Of a stretch of DNA of 64,000 nt, positions 42,648-57,770 are shown piece by piece. Position numbers and translations under genes: made by a program. The notes beneath the pieces were generated by a model. The model was not told where the DNA came from, did no database searches, and worked only from the letters and a program-made list of their open reading frames with translations. The stretch comes from Octopus sinensis (taxonomy: Eukaryota). The DNA lies in contig NC_043003.1 in assembly GCF_006345805.1 (NCBI RefSeq), forward strand, positions 28,272,001 to 28,336,000, written 5' to 3'. The first letter of the stretch is position 1. Each line of letters starts with the position of its first letter.

Positions 42648-42795
42648 TGCGTGTGTGTGTCTGGCGTGTGCACCTCTGTATTTATATATATACATATATA
42701 TACCTATACATACATACGTATATATATATATATATATATATATACCTATACATACATACGTAATATATTAATATATATACCTATACATACATACA

Positions 42796-42862
<67 letters not shown>

Positions 42863-42878
42863 ATACATACATACACAC

Positions 42879-42913
<35 letters not shown>

Positions 42914-43360
42914 CAATATAATATATACATAGACATAACATGCATGCATACATACACATTGCATACATCTCTATGTATATACATAGCTATGTTAGCATCA
43001 TTATTCTCCCTCGATATATATACACATACACACACACACACATTATACATTCAGACATACACATACATACTTGCACATACACACACACATATACATACGA
43101 ATGCCCAAACATATATAGCTTCCCCAAAATTCTTTCAGATCTTCAAAAACACTCTCTACTCTGCTTCCGTCCCAGAATAAGAACTGTATTTGAAGAGGCT
43201 GTTGCCTATTTCTTCTTTATCGGTCTAAACCTGAAGTAGATTAGGGTTTCTGGAACAAAGACATACACCACCATCTACCTCACACCTCTTGCAAAAATTT
43301 TGTTTAAAAAATCATGTACATGCATAATAACAAATAATTACAGGCAGAGCTATTTTCTAG

Positions 43361-43397
<37 letters not shown>

Positions 43398-44249
43398 ACA
43401 CGTACATATAGCTGATGAGGCTTAAGACAAGATCCTCTTAAATTTTCTTTTGTCTATTTTGTCAAAAATGTTATTTACCACATGGGTGGTTGATGGAAGA
43501 ACAAGAAATGAGCAGATGTCGGGGTTTATATTGAAATCAAACGGATGATAAAGACAAGAAGTGAAATGAAAGTATAAGCAACATATAAAGTTCTGTAATG
43601 TCCCTGGAGGAAAAGCCCCACCACGGCCTATCAAAACCCAGATCGAGAGTATTCTGAATTTCAAGTTTGTTACTCTCCCCAATTTGCAATTTTCTTGGGC
43701 AAGCAAGTACTCTCCTTTGTAACACATCTCTCCCATGCTGTTTTCTTTTCCAGACGTCGACGTATTCCTCCTGTAGTGGGACATAGACACTAACGGAATA
43801 ACATGCAAAGACTATTTGTTTGCTGTATCTCTTTGTTTAATTATATTTGCTTATTTTTTTTTGTCACGCAAAAGAAAAGAGACCAAAATCTCTTGGGCAA
43901 CAGTTTTTGTAAATATTTTCGGTGTTCCGTCTTTTAATGCCTGACTGCTCTCTTGAAGCTATATTACAGTACTTGTAAACAATACATTTTGTTTGCTAAA
44001 ATATAAATAAATGGCTAAAAACTGAAAATACTTTTGATAGGCAACGGTGGTGCTTTTCCTTCAGGGAGATTATAGAATTTTATTTATTGTTTATAATTTT
44101 ACTTTATTTTTATATTTTTATCATTTTTATATTTTTCAGTGTAAATGAGAATAATAATAACATCAGCAACAACAAAAACAAACAAACAAACAACAACAAC
44201 AACAGCAACAACAACAACTAAAATAATAATATTAATAACAACAATAATA

Positions 44250-44815
44250 ATGATAAATGCCCTGATGCAGTACCAGGCAGAGGCTATCGTGGCTTCTGAT
44301 CTTAACTGATTGGAAGTGTTATCATGTACATTGTTTTGTCGTGCTATAAAAGATGGGCTACAGCAAATATTCTGCTCAATACCACAGATTTGCTTGTCAG
44401 TTGTTTGAGCTTAACCAGTTGAGCATGTCCCTTAGTGGCTGACGATATGTGCATCTCTGAGCAGAAGTAGTGGGGGAACATCATAGCCATTTGTTGAGAT
44501 GGATTCTTTGGGGTTTGAATAATTCGCCTCTGGAAACATGGGTAGTTCTTTCAACATCCTTAAACAACCCTTATTCAGGGACCTTTTGAGCGGGATGGGC
44601 TACTCAACCTAAAGAAAATTCTAACTGAGCCCCACCTGCAAGGTCATGTGCTGTTTATCTTGATATGAGATCACCATGTCGCGCACATATGGTTGTGATG
44701 CATGTGCCTGGTGTACCCTTATCAGACGGGTAGTCATGATGGGTATATTGGGCTTCGTATATTTTACCCCAGTGTCACTTTGATGGCATGCACTGCTTTC
44801 TCACTCAATAATAAT
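44250..44815. mobile_element. Unclassified insertion within an (AAT)n tract
   Basis: Complex 560-bp block flanked on both sides by (AAT)n; no identifiable ORF. Confidence 0.35.
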
Positions 44816-44930
44816 AATGACACCTTCACATAATTAGCATAGTATAGGAAAGGTATAACTGCCTATCCTAAAAAAAGTCTTAAAACTTCTGAAATGCGCA
44901 TCGTGTGTATGTGCGTGTGCGTGTGTGTGT

Positions 44931-44964
<34 letters not shown>

Positions 44965-45502
44965 TATGCATGTATGTGTGTATGTGTGTGTGTCTGTTTG
45001 TCTGTTTGTACAAATGTGTAGGTGCACACAAGCATACACGCATTGAAACATGCATGCTGTCTGAGACGCACGCCAATTTAGTGTTGTAATAAGACAATGG
45101 CGCCAATCTTTAATTTGATCCTACCGATCCCCACACTGCAGGCCATAAGAGACCTACTCGTGTTGAAATTAGCTAATAACTCTTTCCTACTTACCTCCCT
45201 TGTTAGCACTGTTTTCTTCTTCATAACGTCAGGCAGATACCACTGTTCCTCATGCTACTATTACTACTCCTACTCCTTCTCTTTCGCTGTGCCCACCTTC
45301 TCGTCGTAACCCACCGGTTTTCTACTCGTTCACACACCTTGATCTGTATACCATACACTTTCTCATGTTGTCATACCGATCCTTCTAGAACCACTCACAA
45401 AAACAAGCATACGCCCCACTGCATAAAACCATGTGCACACACACAGTTATACACAAATGCACTAAGACGTTCCATACTCAAAATCAGGCAGGCACACACA
45501 CA

Positions 45503-45556
<54 letters not shown>

Positions 45557-46505
45557 ATACATTCACCTACACACACATACACATACACATTCTTTTCTTT
45601 TACTTGTTACATTTCTTTGACTGATGGAGTACCGCTTTAAAGGGTTTTTAGTCGAAGAAATCGACCCCAGGACTTATTCTTTCTAAGCCTAGCACTTATT
45701 CTATCGGACTCTTTTGCCGAATCGCTATGTTACGGAGACGTAAACTCATCAACATCGGTTGTCAAGCGATGGTTGGGGAGGAGAAAACGTAGACTAAAAG
45801 ACACACACACGCACACACACACACACACACTCACACACACACACACAACACACACACACACACCACACACACACACACACACATATATATATGTATTGGG
45901 AGAGTGGGTCCTTCTTCGTTAATCGATAACGTTGCATTCAAAGAAGATGGGAACAGTCGTAGGGAAACCCCTAATAGCGCTCTTTTAAATTGATGAAGTC
46001 GAGTGATAGGGATCAGGAGCCTTCTCTCAAAGAAAGACTAACGTGTTTCTGGAACTCTCTGATGCGCAATAGAACAAATAAATGGGATAACGAAAAGAAG
46101 GATGTGATTTAAGAAAGATTTAACTGCTATTTTTACCTTATTGACAAAATGTATTGAAAGTACTTTGTTGCCTCTGATGAGAGTTGTTAAGAGTGACAAA
46201 GTGAAGAACGGTAGATAAATAGATGGATGAAACGGAGGACGCAAAGTGTAAAATGATATGATAGTGAATGGCTAAATCGGTAGGTGTAAAAATAGATTAT
46301 AATTTATTTTAGATAATCCATATGATGACGTCATTTGACAAACAGTTGTTGAACATTCTATAATGGCCGTCCTACAACCGGTAACGGACATCTTACTTCC
46401 TAGTTCCTGGTGCAAATTTTCTGTGAGTTCACCTATCGCGCAGATATTACTCAACCTGGAAACACATGCACAGATATTTATGGGTTTGTGTATTTCTGTG
46501 TGTGT

Positions 46506-46594
<89 letters not shown>

Positions 46595-46832
46595 AGTGTG
46601 CATGTGTGTGTGTTTATGTGTATATATACACACACATGCACAAACACATATGGAGCACATATATATAGTAAACTTTATATGCCAACAGAATATGACGCTC
46701 CTATAAAGGACGATGTTACTGCTGTTTTAGCCCCAGGTAAACATCTTTTCCAGCTGGCTATTGACACACAGTCTGTGTCCGTATACCATTTGCAAAGAAG
46801 GTCATCGCTCCCATCTCTAGCCTTACGTGATA

Positions 46833-46877
46833 CTCACAGACCTAGGTTCCTGGGTGGTTACCCATCCTCAGTGTGAG
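46833..46877 (-). ncRNA. Type I hammerhead, GAAA changed to GGAA
   Basis: Reverse complement: CTCACA-CTGAGGA-TGGGT aacc ACCCA-GGAAC-CTAG-GTC-TGTGAG. Confidence 0.72.
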
Positions 46878-47233
46878 ACAACCACAGGTTAATGACGTAA
46901 GCTCTTTCCACTCACAAGTACATTATATTCTGTAAGCGACACACAGTCACTGATCTCGTATAGAGATAAACAACTTGTTTTAAATCTCAGAGCGAGAGAT
47001 ATACAGTAACACGACCGAAAGTAAAGATTATATGCCAACAGAATGTGACAGTTTTATAAAGGACGACACCCTTGCGAATGCTATAGGACTGCCACATTCT
47101 TTTGGCAAATAAACTTTACTATTCGGTACTGTATAAGTTGTTTTTCTCCATACGAGATCAGCGATTGTGTGTCGCTTAAAGAATATATAGTATTTGCGAG
47201 TGGAGAGAGATTTCATCATTAGCCTGTGGTTAT

Positions 47234-47278
47234 CTCACATTGAGGACGAGTAACCACCCACAAACCTAGGTCTGTGAG
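47234..47278 (+). ncRNA. Type I hammerhead, more decayed copy of the 46833 motif
   Basis: CTCACA-TTGAGGA-CGAGT aacc ACCCA-CAAAC-CTAG-GTC-TGTGAG. Confidence 0.62.
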
Positions 47279-47513
47279 TATCACGTAAGGCTAGCGATGG
47301 GAGCGATGACCTCTCTTGCAAAAGCTATTGGACACAAACTGTGTGTCGATAGCCAACTGGAAAATATGTTTTCCTGGGGCTAAAGCAACAGTCACATCGT
47401 CCCTTATAGGACCGCCACATTCTATTGGCATATAAAAATTACTATCCGGTACTGTTACTGTATATCTCTCGTTCAGAGATTTAAAACAAGCTGTTTCTCT
47501 CTCACTCCCCCAC

Positions 47514-47555
<42 letters not shown>

Positions 47556-47729
47556 GTACATATATACATATACATATTGCATATATGTGTGTGTATAACG
47601 TATTCTTTTGTTCTTTTACTTGTTTCAGTCATTTGTCTGCGGCCATACTGTTGCAACGCCTTGATATATATGTGTGTGTTCGTATGTTTTATATACATAT
47701 ACATATACATACATACATACATACATACA

Positions 47730-47771
<42 letters not shown>

Positions 47772-48338
47772 CACACACAATATATGTATACATTTATTGT
47801 GTATTTATAAGTATTTATATATGTTTATATGTTTACATATACATACATACACACACACACGCACACACACACACATATATATATATATGTATGTATATGC
47901 ATGTATACATTCATATATGTATATGTATATACAGATGTATATACCTATGTATATACATGTGTATATATATGTATGTATATATCAATATATATGTATATTA
48001 ATATACATATGTATATATATTGATATATATATTCTATATATATACACGCATATATAAAATATATATGCATACATAAATATATATATACATACACACACAC
48101 ATACACACACATTAATATATCTGTATATCTCGTATCTTTCTTTATATTGTATCTTAGATGTTGACACTTTCTGTTTATTGTTTAACCGCGTAGTGTATGC
48201 CGTAGACCCAATTAATTCATAATTTATATAAGCATTTTTTGAGATCTAAAGATGAAAACGCATCGCTTTGGCTAATTATGATGTCCCTTTGGAGTACATA
48301 TGGGATTCGTTACTGAGTGCATACAGAGACAAACACAT

Positions 48339-48390
<52 letters not shown>

Positions 48391-48423
48391 TAAGAAAGTT
48401 GGTTTGTGAAAGCACGTGGTTGA

Positions 48424-48753
48424 ATATATAGAAAATAGTAAAAGTGAAAAAACTACAGAAGGCTGTTTAAAAGGTTAAAGAATATATATTAAGTCAATAT
48501 GTCTGAAGAATATTATAATTTTTTTCTTACAATGACATAGTTTAGAAGAAAGACCGGTTTCGCGTTTAGCTTTTCAAATTTCTTACATAACGACGTAAGA
48601 ATTTGAAAAGCTAAACGCGACCGGTCTTTCTTCTAAACTATGTCATTGTAAGAAAAAATTTATAATATTCTTCAGACATATTGACTTAAATATATATTCT
48701 TAACCTTTTAAAACAAGCCTTCTGTAGTTTTTTCACTTTTTACTATTTTCTAT

Positions 48754-48757
<4 letters not shown>
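48424..48757. repeat. Long palindrome, about 163-bp arms with an 8-nt loop
   Basis: Centre TCTTAC-ataacgac-GTAAGA (48581-48600); the arms differ almost only by short indels in homopolymers. Confidence 0.9.
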
Positions 48758-48840
<83 letters not shown>

Positions 48841-49645
48841 GCAATGTGAAGGAGCATGGCTTAGTGGTTAGGGTGTTGCACACACGATTGCTAGATCGTG
48901 AGTTCGATTCCCACACTGGGTGTTGCGTTATGTTCTTGAGCAAAGCACTTCATTTCACGTTGCTCTGCGATCATTTCATCACGTAGCACACGGTGCACCT
49001 GTAGAAGTAAAGTTGATTTGATGGAGGGAGGCGGGAGTGAGCTTATGTGTACACAAACATTTGATTACTATAAACAAATCATCTGTGTGGTTCTTCGGCA
49101 AGAAATTGTCGAACCCTCATACATCGTCTAACGACGGTAGAGACCATGTTATATACACAATAGCTATAACGATAGAGAAAATGGCGGCTGATACATCCTG
49201 AAAATTTATTTCTCTTTATTTTACAATGTCATTGTCATTGTTGTTTTTCCTTCCCGAGCCATGCCTGGTTCACAAGGGCCGGTTCTCTCGGTTTCATTGG
49301 CGTATAGGTTCTCCACCTGGACGGGACGCCGGTCCGTCTCAGGTGAGCTGCTAGATGCAGGAGTAAAGAATGAGAGAAAGTTGTGGCGAAAGAGTCAGCA
49401 GAAGTTCGCCATTACCTTCTGCTGGAACCGCGTGGAGCTTAGGTGTTTCGCTCATAAACACATACACCGCCCGGTCTGAAATTCGAACCCGCAATCCCTC
49501 GACTGACTGTTCGCTGCTCTAACCACTAGGTCATGTGCCTCCTCTTTACAATGTCATAAAAGGAGGAAATAAATTTTGAGGATGTACCAGTCTCCAAATT
49601 CTCTATCGTTATGATTATACGCGCACTACACACACACACATACAG

Positions 49646-49734
<89 letters not shown>

Positions 49735-50319
49735 CAGACATAGCTGACCGAAACTTCGAAGGCTTAGCTGATCGAAACTTCGAAGTCACTATCAATAGTA
49801 TTCTCGTTAGAGAAAAATAAAATTTGTACCGTACAAAGTAACCCTCAAGATTAATGTAAAATTTGTTTTTATTATAAATGAACATAAAAAGCAAACAATC
49901 TTTTATGCTTTACTTGTATCCGTCATTAGACTGCGGCCATGTTACAGGCTTCTTTCAGTTTCCGTCTACCAAATTCACTCACAAGGCTTTGATCAACCCG
50001 GGGCTGTAGTAGAAAACACTTGCTCAAGGTATCACGGGACTGAAGCTGATTCCATGCGCCTGTGTGTGTGTTAGTGTGTACGCACATCCATAAAGAACGG
50101 AGAATATATATATGTATATATATATATATATTATATATATTATATATATAATATATATATATATATATACATATATGTATGTATATACATATATGTATGT
50201 ATATACATATATATATATATGTATATTATATATATGTATATATATATTTATGTATATATATATGTATATATATATAATATATATGTATATAAATATATGT
50301 ATGTATTACATATATATAC

Positions 50320-50351
<32 letters not shown>

Positions 50352-50390
50352 GTATATATATAAGTATATATAACATATGCATAATGTATG

Positions 50391-50476
<86 letters not shown>

Positions 50477-50494
50477 TTTCAAATAATGTAAGAC

Positions 50495-50532
<38 letters not shown>

Positions 50533-51436
50533 AGGGGTTGAAAGTGAAGAGACAGAGAGATGGAGGGAGAGGAGATTAAGATATAATTACACCGAAATGT
50601 TAACAAGCAAAAGCGGGATCGAGTCCCAGTGGATTCTCATTTTTTATTCTCTCTCATTGGGAATATTTTATGTATTAAGCACGCCTCATTGTTTTCTGAA
50701 ATGTAAACAACATTTATGTAACTACCTACCGACGCATACATACATACATACATACATACATACATACATACATACATACATACATACATACATACATACA
50801 TACATACATACATACATACATACATACATACAAACACGCACATACACACATACATAAATGTATGTATGGAAGTATACAATCAATTAGTTCTCCGTACGTT
50901 AGAAGGAAAGCGTAACAAAATGGTTGTTTTATATATAAATATATCTCCACACGATTTAAATGCATAACAAGTCTCTGATATTCAAGTGTTAGAAGAAGGG
51001 TCCCCAAGTGTCACGACCAGAATGAGGTCCGGGTCCCTTAGTGTAAGAAGTTAAGGGCCGAAACACTTGCCTGGAAGGGAATTTCCTCTCTGAAGACCTA
51101 TTTAGTTAGCTCTCTCTTTCTCTCTTTCTCTAGTTTCTTACCATTATATTTTTATATACTACTTTCATATATTTTTATATACTACTTTCATATATATTTT
51201 TATATACTATTTTTATATACTATATGAAAATTAAATACATACACACACTGACGCACGCTCAACCACATACACGCGCGTGCATATATAAACTTTCAGAGAA
51301 AATTCAAAATTTTTATTTAGCGCTTCTTTTAATTTTATTTTTCTAAAATTTCTATTTATTAACTGAAAGTAAAATAAGTAAATGAATAAAAAAATATACA
51401 AATAAATAAATAGATCCTCAGATATTTTCGGTTGTT

Positions 51437-51839
51437 CTCTCTTTTACTCTTTTAATCATTTCAGTCATTTGACTGCTGTAGCACCGCCTTTAGTCGAGTA
51501 AATCGACACCGGGACTTATTGTTTGGAAGCCTAGTACTTATTCTATCGGTATCTTTGCCGAACCGCTAAGTTATGGGGACGTGAACACACCAGCATTGGT
51601 TGTCAAGCGATGTTGTGGGGGTGGGGGGCAGACACAGACACACAAACATATTCACAGATACATATATATACATATATACGACGAGCTTCTTTCAGTTTCC
51701 GTCAACCAAATCCACTCACAAGGCTTTGGTCGGCCCGAGGCTATAGTAGAAGACACTTGCCCAAGGTGCCACGCAGTGGGACTGAACCCGGAACCATGTG
51801 GTTGGGAAGCAAGCTACTTACCACACAGCCACTCCTGCG
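51437..51839 (-). mobile_element. SINE family C, full length
   Basis: Reverse complement of 41536-41943. Confidence 0.9.
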
Positions 51840-52777
51840 AACTATTAAATCTCATTAATTCACTGTCCTCTAAATATTTTCTTGAAAGCTAAGGTGCGTG
51901 ACCTAGTGGTTAGTGTGTTGCACTCAAAATTGCAAGATCGTTGTTTCAGTTCTCGGACCAGGTGATGCATTATGTTCTTGATCAAAACACTGCATTTTAC
52001 ATTGCTCCATATAATCGGCTGTAAATGAGTAACTAACCCTGCGACGAACTGGCGTCCCGTTCAAGAGGAATGTTGTGATCGCAGTCACATATACGCATTG
52101 AAAACCGGGTAACCATCCTCATAACTCTTAGGACTCGAGACGATAATATTTCTATGTATTACATTTTAAAAACCCGTTTAATTTCTTTCTTTAAAGCAGC
52201 TTGAAATCAATAAGAATCATTTAAAAGGCTCCACTTAACTGTTTTAAAGTTATTTAATGCTTGTATCACATAAAGTCTGTCATGTTCTCCGGTGTTGATT
52301 TGACTGAAGACTGTTACAATTGTTATAAAAGTCCAGCTATCGGCGTTTAACCGTTGCCTTTTCGATTTGTGGATGCTTTTAACGTATGGGGAGGTGGACA
52401 TATATACACACACGCTCACAAACACACACAGGTTTTATAAATGCAAATCGACATGCTTTTGAATAGTTTAGGCGAAACATTCTGTAATATTAGATTAGGT
52501 TAAAACCTGTTAAAAGGCCCAAGCAATGCTTAATAAATGAAACATAGAAGTGAAAACAGAACAGTTAATTTTTCACTTTGCATTTCTTCAATATTTCGGG
52601 GTTAGAAGCTCTTCATCAGGACACGGTGAGAAAAAGGAGACAGTATACAACTGTTATCTTGCTTCAGATATGTGGGAGAGGGGAGGAACTTGCGTAAACT
52701 TCTGTTGTTATGGTAACCGTCCTACCTTGTATAGTTCTTGTCCGTTATTTAGTGAAGGTTTAAACTTAAGGGTGGTG

Positions 52778-53000
52778 AGTTGGCAAAAACGTTAGCACGC
52801 CGGGTGAAATGCTTAGCGGTATTTCGTCTGCCGTTACGTTCTGAGTTCAAATTCCGCCGAGGTCGACTTTGCCTTTCATCCTTTCGGGATCGATAAATTA
52901 AGTACCAGTTATGCACTGGAGTCAAGTAATCGACTTAATCTCTTTGTCTGTCTTTGTTTGTCCTCTCTATGTTTAGCCCCTTGTGGGAAATAAAGAAATA
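52778..53000 (+). mobile_element. tRNA-derived SINE family B, full length
   Basis: ggtgagttggcaaaaacgttagcacgccggg..gagttcaaattccgccgaggtcgactttgcctttcatcc..; minus-strand copies near 2740-3130, 4440-4590, 5725-5950, 8925-9125, 17540-17750, 53760-54010, 58970-59180 and 63130-63360. Confidence 0.9.
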
Positions 53001-53349
53001 AGAAATAAGGTTTAAACTTTTAAATTAGTATAGCTTCCATGCTATCATCTTGATAAACATAACGATGATGATTGTTATCACCCGTCTCCTTGATGTTTTT
53101 ACAGCATTTTCAATGATATGCGTTGCTTTTATAGTGTTAGTTTAAAGGTTGTATGAAGTGACACTGAGGACCTCTGGCTACGCTGCGCTCAAGTCCTCGG
53201 CAGGTACTATCGCATTTCAATCGAGCACTTGTATAAATGTTAAACAACGATGGAATCAGTACACTACACTGAGGTAGATAATTTCGTTATTTTCTCGTGC
53301 GGTACTTCTTTTTTATTCAACATCAGTAAGAAACATTAATTTCTTATCA

Positions 53350-53700
53350 TAACATCGTTGAACCATATGAAACGGCTTTTTTTAACCTTTTAGTCTGGAG
53401 AGAAGCCATTATCCATGATCCTTTGTTTGGCCTCCAAGACTTGTAAGGGTGAAGGTAAAAAGAAGAAAAATGTCCTGAAATCAAGACATTGCACGAACTG
53501 CTGGTACCTAATGTACCAGGCGATGTTGTTAAACTAGGCAACAAAATTGTTTATCATCCAAGTAGGACATTGAGAGGGATTTTCACTCGAAGTAAATACC
53601 ACAAGTTATCTGATCGGCAGCCCTGCTTTGATACTTTTTTAAGAATCTACCCACAAAAAGATAAAAGCAAATTTGTCCTTGACAAGATTTGAATTCAGTA
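53350..53700 (+). mobile_element. Probable Penelope-like linker fragment
   Basis: LGNKIVYHPSRTLRGIFTRSK resembles the PLE RT-endonuclease linker. Confidence 0.4.
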
Positions 53701-54905
53701 TGCAAAAGTTCGGTACAAATGCCACAAGGTATCCTATCCACTGCTCTAGTTTCACACATTTTTACCGACCCTCGAAAGGATAAAAAGCGAAGCTGAACTT
53801 GGTGGAATTTGAACTCAGAGCGCTGAGACGGAACAATTACTACCCAGGGATCCGCCCCACAGCCTTAATTTTATATTTTTTCCCCGACTCTTGAAAGGAT
53901 GAAGAGCAGAATTGATTGTGGATGTATTTGAACTCGGAGTGTAGAGAGTCGTAACAAACTATTGCGAGGTATTCTATCCAACGCCCATAACGTCTCTGCC
54001 AATTCGCCACCTTAAATATATATGATTACTGTAAAGAGTTTCACCGCATCGTAGGCTGCAATGCGATCAACAAAATCAATCCCTTTTTGTTCAAATCCGT
54101 CCTCTACATATTGTATCTGATTTAAGTATAAAACCAGCAATTTTGAAGGAAATGGGATTACTCGATAACATCGATACCAGCACTTCACTGATACTCTATT
54201 TTTTTAATGAATCTCGGAGGGACGAATGGCAAATTTGACTCCGGAACATAATGAGTGGGAAGAAATGACGCAAGATATTATTGTCAGACGCTCTAACGAT
54301 TGGGAGAGCTTACTTGTCTTTGTCTATCTTCTCTATATAATGAAAGGGATTAAACAGTTGGCTCGTAGTTGCTTTCCATTTTGTTCTTTAATAAATTAAT
54401 GTTGCTTGCACACTGTTTGGTCACAGACACATACACACACACACACACACACACACCACGCACACACACATGTGTACACACCACATGAAGAAGCACACAT
54501 CAGCTGCTACACACAACACATATTACACACGCACACACACACGTCAGTCACTCGCCCCTATTCACACACAGACACCATCCTCACACACACACAAACGCGC
54601 GCGCACCTTCTTTTGGGGGGGAAACTCGCACTTTATTATCTCCCTTTCATTCAACCTCTATTTTATTATCTCCCTTTGTTACCACCTCTTTTTTTATTCC
54701 CCTTTCTTTCAACCTCTTTTTCTTCAATCATTCGCCATGCTGGATCACTGCAATCTACAAGTGTCTTTCATTCTCTCTCTGCTTATTTTCTCTTATTCCC
54801 TTCTTTTGAAGGGCATAGGCTCGAAACGTAAAAGACTTTTTCATTTTCCCGAGCGTCAAACTAATACACTTGCTTGTTGTTCGTACACCTGTCTTCGTCT
54901 TTTGT

Positions 54906-54952
<47 letters not shown>

Positions 54953-55516
54953 TTTACTTCTCTTCTATTTGTTTCATTCACTTGACTGCGGACATGCTGG
55001 AGCAAGTGTGTGTTTCTTTCCCATCACTGCCTTACAACCGGTGTTGATGTGTTTACGTCCCTGTAAAAATACAAGGCTTTAAAGAAAAAAGCAATAGGAT
55101 TCGATTGGTTTGACTAAAATCCTTCAGGGTGGTACCCCAGCATGGCTGCAGTCTAATGATGGAAACAAGCAAAGATAAAACACATGCACACAAACACAAG
55201 CATATACTCCCACATACACATATACGCCCAGATACATATATGCACATATACACACACACCTACACTCAAACGCACACGTAAATACATGCACTTACTGACA
55301 CGCACGCACACATACACACACACATACGCGCTCACTCTCAAATACATAGAAACGCACATACTTATCCATTCAAACACACGCATACATTTTAAAATATACA
55401 CAAACACTCATACCTCTACACGTAAAAATATCTCCCCCTCCTCTATTAATTTCTGTGTTACTCTACCTCTTTCCTTCTCCTCTGTCTTTTACCCACATAT
55501 ACATGCACACACACCA

Positions 55517-55616
55517 NNNNNNNNNNNNNNNNNNNNNNNNNNNNNNNNNNNNNNNNNNNNNNNNNNNNNNNNNNNNNNNNNNNNNNNNNNNNNNNNNNNN
55601 NNNNNNNNNNNNNNNN
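55517..55616. other. Assembly gap (100 N)
   Basis: Run of N. Confidence 1.
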
Positions 55617-55684
55617 ATATATATATATGCTTAATTTTGAAAAATTTATATACGTACCTAATATACATACTCGCATGTATATGA

Positions 55685-55720
<36 letters not shown>

Positions 55721-55846
55721 CTATATAATAAAATATATAGTAAATGAAAGATGGTATATACAAGAATTTTTTTTAAAGAAACGACAAGATGTAAATACAC
55801 AAATACACATACACACACCACACGTATATATACAATATATATATGT

Positions 55847-55913
<67 letters not shown>

Positions 55914-56704
55914 AGTGTGTATGGAGTATGTATGCATGTATGAAAAAATGTGTATTTGACATGCACGCGCACATTATATTCAGTCCACTCACGTACACAG
56001 ACAGACACACACATAAAAATACATACACACATATATGTATATATATATTATATATATATATATATGCATATACCTACACACATATCTGTATACACATGCA
56101 CGCACACACATATATATGTTCTTTTATACATACATGTGTCTATATGTATGTAAATACATATATGTGTATGTGTATTAAATGTTTCAACAGTCACGTAAAT
56201 AGATACATGCTAAAAGGAGGAGGATATAACTATAACAACAACAACAACAACAACGTCAGCACAACTAGCAAAACAGAACAAGACAGAGCGTAAACAAACA
56301 TACACTCAAAGCAAGTACATCATTTTGGCGAGGTAATATTTCTCAGGAAGAGTAAATGACTAAGGAGAACAGTAATTTCCTTGTCCAAGTCAATCATTTT
56401 CACACCAACGCAATTAACGTCTGCTGTTTTTTTTTTCTGCTGATATTTCCTCTACATGAACAGAGCTGTGATGGAGATTTTTCGCCCCACACCATTTTTC
56501 ATTTTTTTTTTTTTTTCCACATGTGCATAAGTGTAAGCGTATGAAGTATTTGGCCCAAGACATATTTAACTTAACGGTACCACCTGGCATAGTCTTTTAA
56601 TCGACGTTTCGGGACACATTCAGGTAGAGAGTTGCTGTGTGTCGAAATGTGTGTACCTGGATGTTGATTGTCTGATATTTCCTGGACGAATAATCTCAGT
56701 ACAG

Positions 56705-56768
<64 letters not shown>

Positions 56769-56777
56769 CACACACCA

Positions 56778-56808
<31 letters not shown>

Positions 56809-57531
56809 CACATAAATTAGAAAAAAACACCTTTTATCAATTCAACAATGAAAAAATTAAATTATACCATATAGAAAAAAATTACATCCTATAGAAAAAA
56901 TTAAATATAAGATAAAAACATATACCAATGATTAAGTAATGTGCAAAATAATAAATAAAACGTATATATTTGGTAAAATATATACGTTCATATATAGTCA
57001 TTTTACCAAATATATGTTTCTTTTATTATTTTGCACATTACTTAATCATTGGTATATGTGTTTATCTTATATTTAATTTTTTTTTCCATCGTCTTGGCTT
57101 AACAACCCTCATCGTTTGTTTTTACTGTTTGGTTCTCATTGTTCTATATTTTACTGTTTTTACTTTTTTATTGTTTTCACTGTTTTGTTCTCACTGTCCT
57201 GTTCTTGTTACCATTTTTACCCTCCGCAAAAAATTCCAAATTTTATTTAATTTGTTTTGCGGGAGGGACTGTTTCAATGAAGTTGCGTCTTGTCCTTACC
57301 TTCGTAACGCGGAGTAGATGAAACAGGGACGACTGAAGAAGGGAAATATTCCTTGTGCTGTATGTCTTGTACTTTGTTTTTATGTTTTCGTTTCTCATTG
57401 TGTTCCACGTTTTTGATGTCCTGTACCCATATATGCATGTATATATACATATATATGTAGGTATGTACATATATGTATGTAATATATGCATTATTCATAT
57501 TTATTTTTTATATTATAAATATATATATATA

Positions 57532-57593
<62 letters not shown>

Positions 57594-57609
57594 GGATATA
57601 TGTAATATA

Positions 57610-57655
<46 letters not shown>

Positions 57656-57686
57656 GTATATATATATATGTATATATATATATATG

Positions 57687-57770
<84 letters not shown>

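Larger units (their letters stand above)
46665..47510. mobile_element. Inverted dimer of a roughly 350-bp HHR-bearing monomer (about 1.2 units per arm)
   Basis: tatatgccaacagaat recurs at 46676 and 47029 and in inverted form at about 47100 and 47430; symmetry centre near 47070. Confidence 0.75.

Noticed and set aside
45229-45300. Perfect minus-strand donor GAG|gtaagt
   Set aside because: No acceptor or convincing reading frame upstream.
12897-46333. Five TGACGTCA (CRE) octamers at 12897, 14254, 30093, 41039 and 46326
   Set aside because: Dispersed, one lies inside a LINE, and there is no promoter context; function is not supportable.
46397-46455. 59-nt open segment between gtgtttccag and gtaaga
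   Set aside because: No homology recognised and it cannot be linked to the GPCR exons.
46845-46880. Resemblance to the 5S rRNA internal promoter (ggatggg..acc..ggaa)
   Set aside because: Better explained as stem II and core of a hammerhead with fully paired stems; no other 5S sequence is present.
56605-56640. CTGAATG..GAAAC-GTC on the minus strand
   Set aside because: The core does not match CUGANGA and no stem I forms.
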